Source: Bdellovibrionales bacterium
Lineage (GTDB): Bacteria; Bdellovibrionota; Bdellovibrionia; Bdellovibrionales; UBA1609
Direction: 5' to 3'
NCBI GenBank assembly: GCA_963692945.1
Contig: OY843585.1
Span: 1,170,001 to 1,202,000 of the forward strand
Length of the DNA stretch: 32,000 bases
Under the pieces are notes generated by a model, which saw nothing but the letters and a program-made list of their open reading frames with translations, made no database searches and was not told where the DNA came from. The position numbers and the translations under genes are program-made. Below, one piece after another: positions 8,776 through 16,921 of the stretch; position 1 is the stretch's first letter; every line of letters begins with the position of its first letter.

Positions 8776-8892
8776 CTCGTGCCTTAATAGTCGCAACTAC
8801 TAAGGGATGTTGATAGCAATGTTAGTTTATTTCCTAAGAAAATCAAGTTTAAAATTTAAAGACATGCTTTACAGCTGAAATTCTTGGTTAAT

Positions 8893-9612
8893 TTACAGAA
8901 AATAACGAGGCATTTGATCCCAAGTGCGTCCTTCTAAAATACGACCTGTCTTATGCTTTCTAACTCCACCCCATTGTTTAAAAAAGAAAGGAACATTCTT
9001 TGCTACACATTGATCTCTGATTTCAGTCACCCATTCTGGTTTCATAGGACGAGCCTTTGGGCCTGATTCCCCACCAACAATAACCCAATCAATTCCCTTT
9101 AATTTTAATCTCTTTGGAAGATGCCCTAAAAGAGGTTCTATAGACAAAAACTTTACCTTTGCCTGTGTCTTTAAGAGATGGTCAATTCTGCTTAAATAGT
9201 TCTTATTTTCTATACTGACACCCATCCAAATATTTTTTGTCCAATTCAACTTTGAAGATAATTTTTCCAACCTATCTGCTCTTTTTGTTAAGACTTGGAA
9301 TTGATGTTGAGGGCAGTTGTTCATCACATCAAAAACTTTTTTAATAAAATCCAAAGGACTATCTTTATGAAAAAGATCACTCATAGAATTTACAAAAATT
9401 ACTTTTGGCTTTTTCCATTGCATAGGAATATTTAAAGCCTGTTTATGAAAAGTCAGTTTAAATCCATTTCTATAATTATATTGTTTCATATTTTGCAGTC
9501 TGTAGGACATCCTCTCTGCATAACAATTTTTACATCCAGGACTGATCTTATTACAACCAGTCAAAGGATTCCAAGTTGCCTCTGTCCATTCAATACTTGA
9601 TAGTGTCGCCAT
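8893..9612 (-). CDS. Phage Gp37/Gp68-family protein (DUF5131, three-Cys motif)
   Basis: The N-terminus [30 protein letters not shown] is the hallmark of this family (Cx6CxxC). It lies 13 nt downstream of the TcmP-like gene. Confidence 0.8.
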   Translation of the reverse strand: MATLSSIEWTEATWNPLTGCNKISPGCKNCYAERMSYRLQNMKQYNYRNGFKLTFHKQALNIPMQWKKPKVIFVNSMSDLFHKDSPLDFIKKVFDVMNNCPQHQFQVLTKRADRLEKLSSKLNWTKNIWMGVSIENKNYLSRIDHLLKTQAKVKFLSIEPLLGHLPKRLKLKGIDWVIVGGESGPKARPMKPEWVTEIRDQCVAKNVPFFFKQWGGVRKHKTGRILEGRTWDQMPRYFL

Positions 9613-9625
9613 CTCTAACCTGTTT

Positions 9626-10525
9626 TTAAAATTTCTTTAAAATATCCTTAGCAATTTTAACTCCTACTCTATTTTCAGCAGCAAAACAAAATAAAAACAA
9701 AGGATTGTTTTTTGAATTATATAATTTTGCAGGGTTAGTTGCTACTTCTTTAAATACAGTTTTAAGTCTTTTTATAAAAAACCGACCTATTTCATCCAGA
9801 TTTACTTTTTTTATTAGGTTATTCCCTTCATTTTCAAAAAATGCTGTTTGAGAATCTGTCTTGTAAAACCTAGATTCCCAATCTGTTGTACCAAACAAAT
9901 TATTTAATATATCCCTATGTTGCTCATTTATTTGCCCATCTTTTCTCAAAAGTCTATTCACACCTACTCCCAAAGGAAATAAAACCCATAAATCTATAGC
10001 CTTTGTCTGTGCAATAGATTTAATAGTTTCCCATTGAATTTCCATACCAAAAGGATCAAGGAACATAACAGCACGATGACTTTTCCAATTCCTTTTACAT
10101 AATTCTTGAATATATTTATTTGCATCTCTATTTATCATTTTTATTTTATCTTTTAATATTGGATATTTATCTTTTAGTTTTGACAATTCTTTAAAATTTT
10201 TTTCATTTTTTTCAATAAAGATATATTCTTGAAATAATGGTTGAACTTCCAGTGCTTTTACTGCTGAACCTTTTATAAAATTTAACTCCTCTGTATCTTC
10301 TTCTAAAAGAGGATAAGTATCTGATTTTTTTCTCCGAGATACTCTATATCCAGTTCCAGCAAAGGCATCAATATAAGCAAAATTAAAACTTTGTCTATTC
10401 ATTATTTTAGAATAAGCAGATAAATATTTATAAAGTATCTCAAGTTTTTGATTTGTCCAATCACCACCAAATTTTTGATTTGTTATTTGTTTATACATTT
10501 TATTTTTTTCTTTGCTTTGGTCCAA
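9626..10525 (-). CDS. Three-Cys-motif partner protein TcmP-like (methyltransferase-like fold suspected)
   Basis: [23 protein letters not shown]...[12 protein letters not shown] resembles the TcmP N-terminus and a DxFAGxG SAM-motif-I-like element. It shows the canonical pairing with a Gp37/Gp68 gene. Confidence 0.6.
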   Translation of the reverse strand: MDQSKEKNKMYKQITNQKFGGDWTNQKLEILYKYLSAYSKIMNRQSFNFAYIDAFAGTGYRVSRRKKSDTYPLLEEDTEELNFIKGSAVKALEVQPLFQEYIFIEKNEKNFKELSKLKDKYPILKDKIKMINRDANKYIQELCKRNWKSHRAVMFLDPFGMEIQWETIKSIAQTKAIDLWVLFPLGVGVNRLLRKDGQINEQHRDILNNLFGTTDWESRFYKTDSQTAFFENEGNNLIKKVNLDEIGRFFIKRLKTVFKEVATNPAKLYNSKNNPLFLFCFAAENRVGVKIAKDILKKF

Positions 10526-10765
10526 ACTTACCCCGTTCAGCTACTGGCAATCATATCAATAATTAATTTTTTATCTATTGAAAAAAATATTTTTTGCTTA
10601 GCACAAACTTATTTTAAATAAAATTGCAATCACTAAAAAGAAAAATCTAAGTGGCATGTTTTTTGCATATCTACTACCTCAACATATCTAAATAACTCTT
10701 ATTATTTCCTATCACTATAGAAAAGACTAGATTTTGTAGTCCCATTTATGGTATTATCATAAAAA

Positions 10766-10915
10766 ATGATGCATGCATCTTTGGAGTTTCAAGAGTGGTT
10801 AGAAGAACTTCCTTTGAGAACTCAATATGGAGGAGGTAAAAATGGCCAAAAAAAAGACATCAAAAAAGCAAAAATTCTTGCTCAAAGATATGCCAAAAAT
10901 GAATCTAAAGAGTAA
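10766..10915 (+). pseudogene. Collapsed RelE/HigB-like 'addiction module killer' remnant (49 codons)
   Basis: The small ORF MMHASLEFQEWLEELPLRTQYGGGKNGQKKDIKKAKILAQRYAKNESKE joins a killer-family N-terminus (F.EWL..L) directly to the family C-terminus (GG.K..Q.KDI..AK). The ~50-residue core in between is missing. It overlaps the antidote start. Confidence 0.5.
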
Positions 10916-11168
10916 AAAAGGAATTAAACCTTTTACAGCTTCTAAGAATTTAAAAAATAAAAATTATGTAAAAAAAGTTCTTTTTGGCTGCTTTGTTCAT
11001 AATGACATGGAAGGCTTTAAAGAAGTGTTGCGAACTCACTTTGATCTTGTCAATAAAGATGAAGTTATTAAAAAAGTTAATATTTCTAAAACCACTTTTT
11101 ACCGAACTTTATCAAAAAAGAGCAACCCTACTCTTAGGAATATATCAAAACTTCTTAAAGCGATTTAG
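10842..11168 (+). CDS. HTH 'addiction module antidote' (HigA-like) protein
   Basis: The C-terminal HTH reads VNISKTTFYRTLSKKSNPTLRNISKLLKAI. The track ORF starts at 10827, but GGAGGAGG at 10829-10836 is a strong SD for the ATG at 10842. Confidence 0.65.
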   Translation: MAKKKTSKKQKFLLKDMPKMNLKSKKGIKPFTASKNLKNKNYVKKVLFGCFVHNDMEGFKEVLRTHFDLVNKDEVIKKVNISKTTFYRTLSKKSNPTLRNISKLLKAI

Positions 11169-11277
11169 TGACAAGCCGTTAGTCGTAAGTTATTCACTTT
11201 ACAGTAAGGCACTCACTTTATAACAAAGCGTCTCAAAACAGAGAAATGTATTCTATTTTACAAAGAAAGATATTAAG
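11067..11277 (+). repeat. Direct repeat copy 1 (3' end of antidote gene + ~110 nt downstream)
   Basis: 11067-11209 equals 13357-13499 with only 2 mismatches in 143 nt. Similarity then continues with two indels (about 20 nt and 8 nt) to ~11277/13540. Confidence 0.9.
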
Positions 11278-11634
11278 TAATGATCTTACTCATACCAACC
11301 AGATATCATTAAATAACATCTAGTTTTTAGTTTTATTAAAACATTCAAGCCATAACCTCCATGCAATTTCTTGACCACTCTGCCATACTGAAATTACTAA
11401 ATACCAATGCAATGCCTCATACCAACAATTATTAACAACTCAACCAGTACAACCAATAAATCAAACTTACAACATTCAAATATTTTAACGTTATTATTTA
11501 CTAAAGCAACACAGACAAAAGAATTGACTCTCTTTTTTAAAATGGTTTAATTGTAGCAACACAGACGCTACTTTGAGTATAATCAAGTCAACGATGTTTT
11601 TTTTAATTGATTAGTATTAACTAGGGCAATAAAA

Positions 11635-12864
11635 ATGGCTTCATCTTCTAAATTACCTGTAAATATTGAAACTCTAAAGTGGGCTAGAGAGAATGCTGGT
11701 TTTACTCAAAATGATGTTCCAGATTTTGATTCCAATGATATTAAAAAAATAGAAAAAGGTAAAAAAAATATCACTCTAAAAGAAGCTAACACCTTAGCAA
11801 ATAATTATGGAGTATCTATACACATATTTTCACTTCCTCCTAAAGTAAGTTTAGACAGTAGCATTAAAGATTTTAGGAAACTTCCAGATTCTAAAAAACA
11901 TGTTTACAGTAAAGAGTTAAGACTCTTCATAAACAAGATGAAATATAGACAAGAATGGATGAGAGACTACTTAAAAGAAGAAAACGTTAGCCCTCTTAGT
12001 TTTATAGGTTCAGTGAATGTTAAAAACACTAATCTACAATCTGTAGCAGAAGAAATTGTAAAAACATTTTTTCAATCCAGACAAAAATATTTCAATTTTT
12101 TTAGAACGAAAAAGAAAATAAAAGAAACGCTCAAAGATAGAAAAAAAACTAAAGAACAGTTTCTTAATGATTTGATAAAAAGATTAGCAGATTATGGAAT
12201 TATTACTTTAAAATGTAAGGGGTTTGATAACAATAATAAAATAGATCTTGAAGATGCTAGAGGGTTTGTTTTAATAGACAAATATGTTCCATTTATTTTT
12301 ATCAATTCTTCAGATCACATAACAGCACAAATTTTCACTCTCATGCATGAGATAGTTCATATATTTATAGGTGAAGAAGGAGTTTCAGGCAATTTAGTAA
12401 AAAATAACAGTAACCAGATAGAGTTATTTTGCAATCAAGTTGCATCAAGAATACTGTTGCCAGAAAAAGATTTAAACATCACTTCTATTGATAAACACTT
12501 TTTTGAAAATAAAATCAGAAAAATATCAACTTCTTTCTTTATAAGCAAACTATCTGTTTTATTAAGGTTAAAAGAAATCTCTTTAATAACATCTAAGAAT
12601 TTTGATAAAAAATGGAATGAATATCAAAAAGATATGAAAGAATGGATAAAAACTCAAGAAGAAAACAAGGAAAAAAACAAAGAAAGAAATACTAACAGTG
12701 GTAATTATTACAATACAGCAATTAGCAGAAGAAATAGACAGTTTATCAAATCAGTCTATGGAGCTTATCAACATAAATCTATTACAGCCTCACAAGCATT
12801 GTCTCTCTTAGATGTAAACATGAAAACATTAAAAAAACTATATCAAAAAGCTATCAAGAAGTAA
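11635..12864 (+). CDS. XRE-type HTH fused to ImmA/IrrE (DUF955, COG2856) zinc metallopeptidase
   Basis: N-terminal HTH (LKWARENAGFTQNDV...ITLKEANTLANNYGVS). The HExxH motif lies in FTLMHEIVHIFIGEE. The gene ends 8 nt upstream of the PIN-like gene. Confidence 0.8.
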   Translation: MASSSKLPVNIETLKWARENAGFTQNDVPDFDSNDIKKIEKGKKNITLKEANTLANNYGVSIHIFSLPPKVSLDSSIKDFRKLPDSKKHVYSKELRLFINKMKYRQEWMRDYLKEENVSPLSFIGSVNVKNTNLQSVAEEIVKTFFQSRQKYFNFFRTKKKIKETLKDRKKTKEQFLNDLIKRLADYGIITLKCKGFDNNNKIDLEDARGFVLIDKYVPFIFINSSDHITAQIFTLMHEIVHIFIGEEGVSGNLVKNNSNQIELFCNQVASRILLPEKDLNITSIDKHFFENKIRKISTSFFISKLSVLLRLKEISLITSKNFDKKWNEYQKDMKEWIKTQEENKEKNKERNTNSGNYYNTAISRRNRQFIKSVYGAYQHKSITASQALSLLDVNMKTLKKLYQKAIKK

Positions 12865-12872
12865 GAAATAAA

Positions 12873-13361
12873 ATGATTTATTGTTTAGATACAAATTTAT
12901 TTATTGAATGTTGGAATAATTATTATAGAAATACATTTTTTAATCAGAAAAATTTTTTTGATTTATTAAAAGAAAAATCTTCTTTTTGTGATTTATATAT
13001 TCATGAACAAGTTAAGATTGAGCTTCAAAAAAAAGACGATGAACTCCTAAATTGGTTTAATGAAAATATAGATATTTTTAAATCATTTGATAATAAAAAT
13101 AACGAAATTATGGATACATATATTAAAATTAACAAAAAATATCCAGGGTTAAAAAAGAATAGTCCAGATTCAGCAGACCCTTTCATTATAGCATCTGCTA
13201 TAGTTTTAAAAGGTAAAATTGTTTCTGATGAAAGAGGAGGAGGTCAACTACCTCAAGAAAGAAGTAAATATAAAAGCATACCACAAGTATGTGTTGCAGA
13301 AAAGATAGATCATTTAAGTATTTTTGACTTTATCGAAGAAGTTAAAATTAAATTTAATTAA
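12873..13361 (+). CDS. DUF4411 PIN-like nuclease-fold protein
   Basis: The N-terminus MIYCLDTNLFIE has a PIN-type acidic residue, with later acidic positions (SADPFIIASA, VSDE). It shows the canonical pairing with an ImmA/IrrE gene. The stop codon falls in the first bases of repeat copy 2. Confidence 0.6.
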   Translation: MIYCLDTNLFIECWNNYYRNTFFNQKNFFDLLKEKSSFCDLYIHEQVKIELQKKDDELLNWFNENIDIFKSFDNKNNEIMDTYIKINKKYPGLKKNSPDSADPFIIASAIVLKGKIVSDERGGGQLPQERSKYKSIPQVCVAEKIDHLSIFDFIEEVKIKFN

Positions 13362-13540
13362 AAAAGTTAATATTTCTAAAACCACTTTTTACCGAACTTT
13401 ATCAAAAAAGAGCAACCCTACTCTTAAGAATATATCAAAACTTCTTAAAGCGATTTAGTGACAAGCCGTTAGTCGTAAGTTATTCGCTTTACAGTAAGGT
13501 GTCTCAAAATGTATTCTATTTTGTAAGGAAAGGCATTAAA
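13357..13540 (+). repeat. Direct repeat copy 2 (start-less fragment of the antidote gene 3' end + downstream sequence)
   Basis: See copy 1. It encodes KKVNISKTTFYRTLSKKSNPTLKNISKLLKAI* with no start codon. Confidence 0.9.
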
Positions 13541-13577
13541 AGATTAAAAATTTTATCAATTTATGCTATAATTAAAG

Positions 13578-13605
13578 TTGACATCTATTGAATTTTTACT
13601 AAAAT
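13578..13605 (+). promoter_or_regulatory. Sigma-70-like promoter of the Panacea-domain gene
   Basis: TTGACA (13578-13583), a 16-nt spacer, then TAAAAT (13600-13605). GGAGGAG SD at 13613-13619. Confidence 0.45.
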
Positions 13606-13621
13606 CCAACCTGGAGGAGTT

Positions 13622-14104
13622 ATAAATACAAATTCTATAACAGAAAAAATTTCAAAAGATAGACCTTATCTTTCTGCTGATGATTTATCTCAATACATTG
13701 TAAAGTGGTGTAAAGAAAATGACGAAAAATTAACGGCTATGAAGCTTCAAAAACTCCTTTATTACTGTCAAGCGTGGTCTATTGTGAAAAACAAAAAACG
13801 AATGTTTGACGAAAAAATAGAAGCTTGGCAATATGGAACTGTTATCCCTGAAATCTACCAAAAACATAAAGGTAAAAAAGAAATTACTTGTTGGAATCAT
13901 GGAAGTTTAGAGAAAATAGAATCCGATTCAACCCTTAAAGAATTTATAGATTCTATCCTTCAAAATTATGGAACAAAAAGTGGGAGTTTTTTAAGTCACC
14001 TAACACACTCAGAAGATCCCTGGCTTCAAGCTAAAGATAGAGCTGATAAAGAAATCACAGTGGAAGATATTTACAATTATTATAATCCAGAAGACTCTAA
14101 TTAA
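13622..14104 (+). CDS. Panacea (DUF4065, SocA/GepA-like) antitoxin-domain protein; start codon uncertain (non-ATG)
   Basis: KLQKLLYYCQAWSIV...EAWQYGTVIPEIYQ is the Panacea core. The frame is open back to 13592 and encodes domain-like residues (SADDLSQYIVKWCKENDEKLTA) upstream of the first ATG (13739). Between the SD and 13739 there are only ATA/ATT codons. Confidence 0.65.
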   Translation: MNTNSITEKISKDRPYLSADDLSQYIVKWCKENDEKLTAMKLQKLLYYCQAWSIVKNKKRMFDEKIEAWQYGTVIPEIYQKHKGKKEITCWNHGSLEKIESDSTLKEFIDSILQNYGTKSGSFLSHLTHSEDPWLQAKDRADKEITVEDIYNYYNPEDSN

Positions 14105-14173
14105 TACTCAAACCTAATATATCTTTTTATTTCCTTATAAACATTTTCTATTTTTTTTGATATTTCTTCTTTT

Positions 14174-14545
14174 TTATTTATTAGATTCATTTTCATTTTG
14201 TAACCACACCTCTAACTCCTTAAAGATGCTTTTTATCATTTCAAAAACTGTATGCAATTCATTAATATTTTCTACACAATATTTAGCAGTATTTTCAAAG
14301 CGTTTTTGTAGACCCCATAAATAAAAACCAAGCAACACAGCAACAGCAGGTAAGATACCTGCACCCATAGCGTTCCATAACGAGTGATTTATAATAAAAA
14401 ATTCTTTATCTAGTAAATATCGCCAATCTACCAAAACACAAAAGATTACAACAAGAAATAGACTGAGAATAAAAACTTTTTTATTAAAAAAATTCATGTT
14501 AAAATATTTTCTGAGAATAAAAACTTTTTTATTAAAAAAATTCAT
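14174..14545 (-). CDS. Small 2-TM membrane protein (107-123 aa depending on start)
   Basis: Two hydrophobic helices (VFILSLFLVVIFCVLV, GAGILPAVAVLLGFYLWGL). The N-terminus is duplicated in frame by a 48-bp tandem repeat, giving candidate starts at 14497, 14545 and 14563. It is co-oriented with and downstream of the ParA-like gene. Confidence 0.5.
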   Translation of the reverse strand: MNFFNKKVFILRKYFNMNFFNKKVFILSLFLVVIFCVLVDWRYLLDKEFFIINHSLWNAMGAGILPAVAVLLGFYLWGLQKRFENTAKYCVENINELHTVFEMIKSIFKELEVWLQNENESNK

Positions 14546-14558
14546 ATTACAACATTTT
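14463..14558. repeat. 48-bp tandem duplication (2 copies, 45/48 identical) covering a start codon
   Basis: 14463-14510 versus 14511-14558. It duplicates MNFFNKKVFIL plus upstream sequence, in frame (16 codons). Confidence 0.9.
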
Positions 14559-14638
14559 CTCAAAAAAATTAGAAAAACATTGTCTCAGTATGGCCTTAAT
14601 GAAAAATCTAAAAAAATTGTAACCTAATTTTACACAAG

Positions 14639-15754
14639 TTAAGGGTTTTTAAATGGTTTTATATTGTAATCATCTTCAATCAAGCTTCTTATTCTTGTAG
14701 CTAAAGTATCAAACGAATTATTAAATTGCTCCTGATTTTCTTTCATTTGTTCAAGTACTTTCCCTTTAAAATCAAGTTCTTCATCAGTTAATTCAAAAAT
14801 AGGCTTACTGTGTTTCTGTGATAGAGCAACTAAAGAATTGAAATCACCAATGCTTATTAAATTGTACGGAGATTCATCTTTTATATGCTTATTAAATAAT
14901 TCCTCTGTAATAACCATATTATGTTTATTTAAATTTTTAGCTAATATATCTTTAGAAGCTATTTGAATCTTTTCAATCCAATCTCTAAAAGATTTAGCTA
15001 TACCTTGTTGTTGTTTGTTTCTTTTTTCTTCACTATCAAAAAAACCAGATATTTTCTTTGTATAAGGTCTGTATTTTTGTGAAATAATACCTAACATACG
15101 AGGAGGAGATTCTGGTAAAGCATTGGGGACAGATTGATCTCGAAATTCCAAAAAATCCTCATCCCATTTTGGAAGCATTTCCCCTAAAGATTGTATCGCT
15201 TGATATGAAAAAAAATCTGGTGATGTAGGAATTAAAAAGTAATCACTACTCATTAAAATAGAACGATTCATAGCTCCTGCATTTGGACTCATATCAACTA
15301 AAATCATTTCACATTTATTAGTTTTAGCCGTTTGTCTTATGATATTATGAAAAGCACCAATAAATTGTTTTGTAAATGGCAAAAATTTTCCACTTGTAAT
15401 TCCAGTTGCCAAAGATATATCTAAATCTGACATTGAGAGATGACCTGCAACAAGTAATAAATTTTCATTTAATGTCTTACATGGCTTAACAGGTTGAATC
15501 GTTATAGTACTTCCTGAAATTATTCCCGATATTTTAGTATATATATTGTCATTGGCTACATCTTTATAAAATGAATCCAGATCATCTTTTTTTTGTAACC
15601 CTAATACATAGGCTGTCAAATTACATTGAGGATCAGCATCTACAATCAAGGTTTTTATTCCTTTTTTAGCAAAAGTCCACCCTAAATTAAATGCAGTGGT
15701 AGTTTTACTAACTCCACCTTTATGATTGAATAGAGAAACTAGAATTGGAGACAT
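14639..15754 (-). CDS. Long ParA/MinD-family ATPase (deviant Walker A) with ~170-aa C-terminal extension
   Basis: LFNHKGGVSKTTTAFNLG (KGGxxKT deviant Walker A), IVDADPQCNLT, ILVDMSPN. Confidence 0.8.
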   Translation of the reverse strand: MSPILVSLFNHKGGVSKTTTAFNLGWTFAKKGIKTLIVDADPQCNLTAYVLGLQKKDDLDSFYKDVANDNIYTKISGIISGSTITIQPVKPCKTLNENLLLVAGHLSMSDLDISLATGITSGKFLPFTKQFIGAFHNIIRQTAKTNKCEMILVDMSPNAGAMNRSILMSSDYFLIPTSPDFFSYQAIQSLGEMLPKWDEDFLEFRDQSVPNALPESPPRMLGIISQKYRPYTKKISGFFDSEEKRNKQQQGIAKSFRDWIEKIQIASKDILAKNLNKHNMVITEELFNKHIKDESPYNLISIGDFNSLVALSQKHSKPIFELTDEELDFKGKVLEQMKENQEQFNNSFDTLATRIRSLIEDDYNIKPFKNP

Positions 15755-15979
15755 ATTAAAATTCCTTTCTTAAGGGTAACACTTTTAGCCTGTTCTTAAA
15801 AATTGTCAACAATAAAATTTCAGACATTCTTGAACTATTGGTGTATCATTAGTCAAAGCAACTAATATATAAATCCATACTTTTTGATTAAACTACTTTT
15901 AATCTTAGTTTTCTCTTTGCTACTATAATAAGACATAGGTCTGTATAGTTATCCTGATTTACCACCCACAAACCCAAAA

Positions 15980-16921
15980 TCACTTCTTAGAGCGTTTGTC
16001 CTTGTAACAACTTTCATCGGCACGCTCATATATGTTTTCCCATTTTTTATCTGTTTCTTTTCTAGTTGCTACACCTATGGATATAGAAACCTCAATCTCT
16101 TGATCTTCAAACACAAACGGATGTTTCTCAATATTTTTTATAATTCTTTTACTAACGTTTTTTCCAATCTCAATAGAGTTTGGTGTAAAAATACAAAACT
16201 CATCTCCTCCATAACGAAACACAACATCCTCACCTCTACTGGCCTCCTTCACCAAAGAAATAATAGTTTTTAAAATATAATCTCCAGCTAAATGCCCATA
16301 GTTATCATTGATGGATTTAAAATTATCAACATCAAAAACAATAAGACTTAATTCCTCAGAATTGCTAAACAACTCTCTACCTTTAACCGTTAAATATTGG
16401 CGACTACCAATCCCCGTTAGAGAATCAGTGTAAGCCTTATCCAATAAAGATTTAGAAGAAAGAAGCTCTACACTTCCTTTTTTTAAAAATTTAAAAATAA
16501 GATCACTAGCCCTTATAAGATCATTATTCAAAACTTCATACTCTTTACGAGGCTCTAACATCTGATCATTCTTATAAGTTTTATTTGTGGAATCTAAATC
16601 TATAATATAAAAAACACCTTCCCTATGTATAATTTGAAAATGAGATTTGCTCAAATTTTCATGATTGACAAAAACATCTGATAACCGTTGAGACCTCCCC
16701 ACAGTTACAATGGGCTCAGTTAAAGGCCATGAAAAACCAACCAAATCTTTAGGTCCAATTAAAAGAACAAGAGAGGCTGGAGTGAATCGAGCAGAAGATA
16801 TTTTTATCTTCAAAGTGTTTTCATCTATAGCAACACGAGTGGCTTCACCAACTGTTTCTTCAGGACGCTCGTCTTTTTTTAGCTCATTTTCTTTTTTTAA
16901 ATCTTTATCGTCTTTCATCAT
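15980..16921 (-). CDS. FHA-domain diguanylate cyclase (GGDEF)
   Basis: FHA: VTVGRSQRLSDVFV...LSKSHFQI...YIIDLDSTNKTYKN. GGDEF: DNFKSINDNYGHLAGD...FRYGGDEFCIF. Confidence 0.9.
   Translation of the reverse strand: MMKDDKDLKKENELKKDERPEETVGEATRVAIDENTLKIKISSARFTPASLVLLIGPKDLVGFSWPLTEPIVTVGRSQRLSDVFVNHENLSKSHFQIIHREGVFYIIDLDSTNKTYKNDQMLEPRKEYEVLNNDLIRASDLIFKFLKKGSVELLSSKSLLDKAYTDSLTGIGSRQYLTVKGRELFSNSEELSLIVFDVDNFKSINDNYGHLAGDYILKTIISLVKEASRGEDVVFRYGGDEFCIFTPNSIEIGKNVSKRIIKNIEKHPFVFEDQEIEVSISIGVATRKETDKKWENIYERADESCYKDKRSKK

Noticed and set aside
10984-11223. 79-aa ORF overlapping the antidote gene in another frame
   Set aside because: It is an out-of-frame overlap with a gene that has a recognisable HTH, and the ORF has no independent signals.
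11341-11400. tRNA fragment or att site on the minus strand (GGCAGAGTGGTCAAG... resembles a class II tRNA D-arm)
   Set aside because: I could not fold a cloverleaf. No acceptor stem, anticodon loop or T-arm (GTTCRANYC) is present, so the resemblance is limited to ~14 nt.
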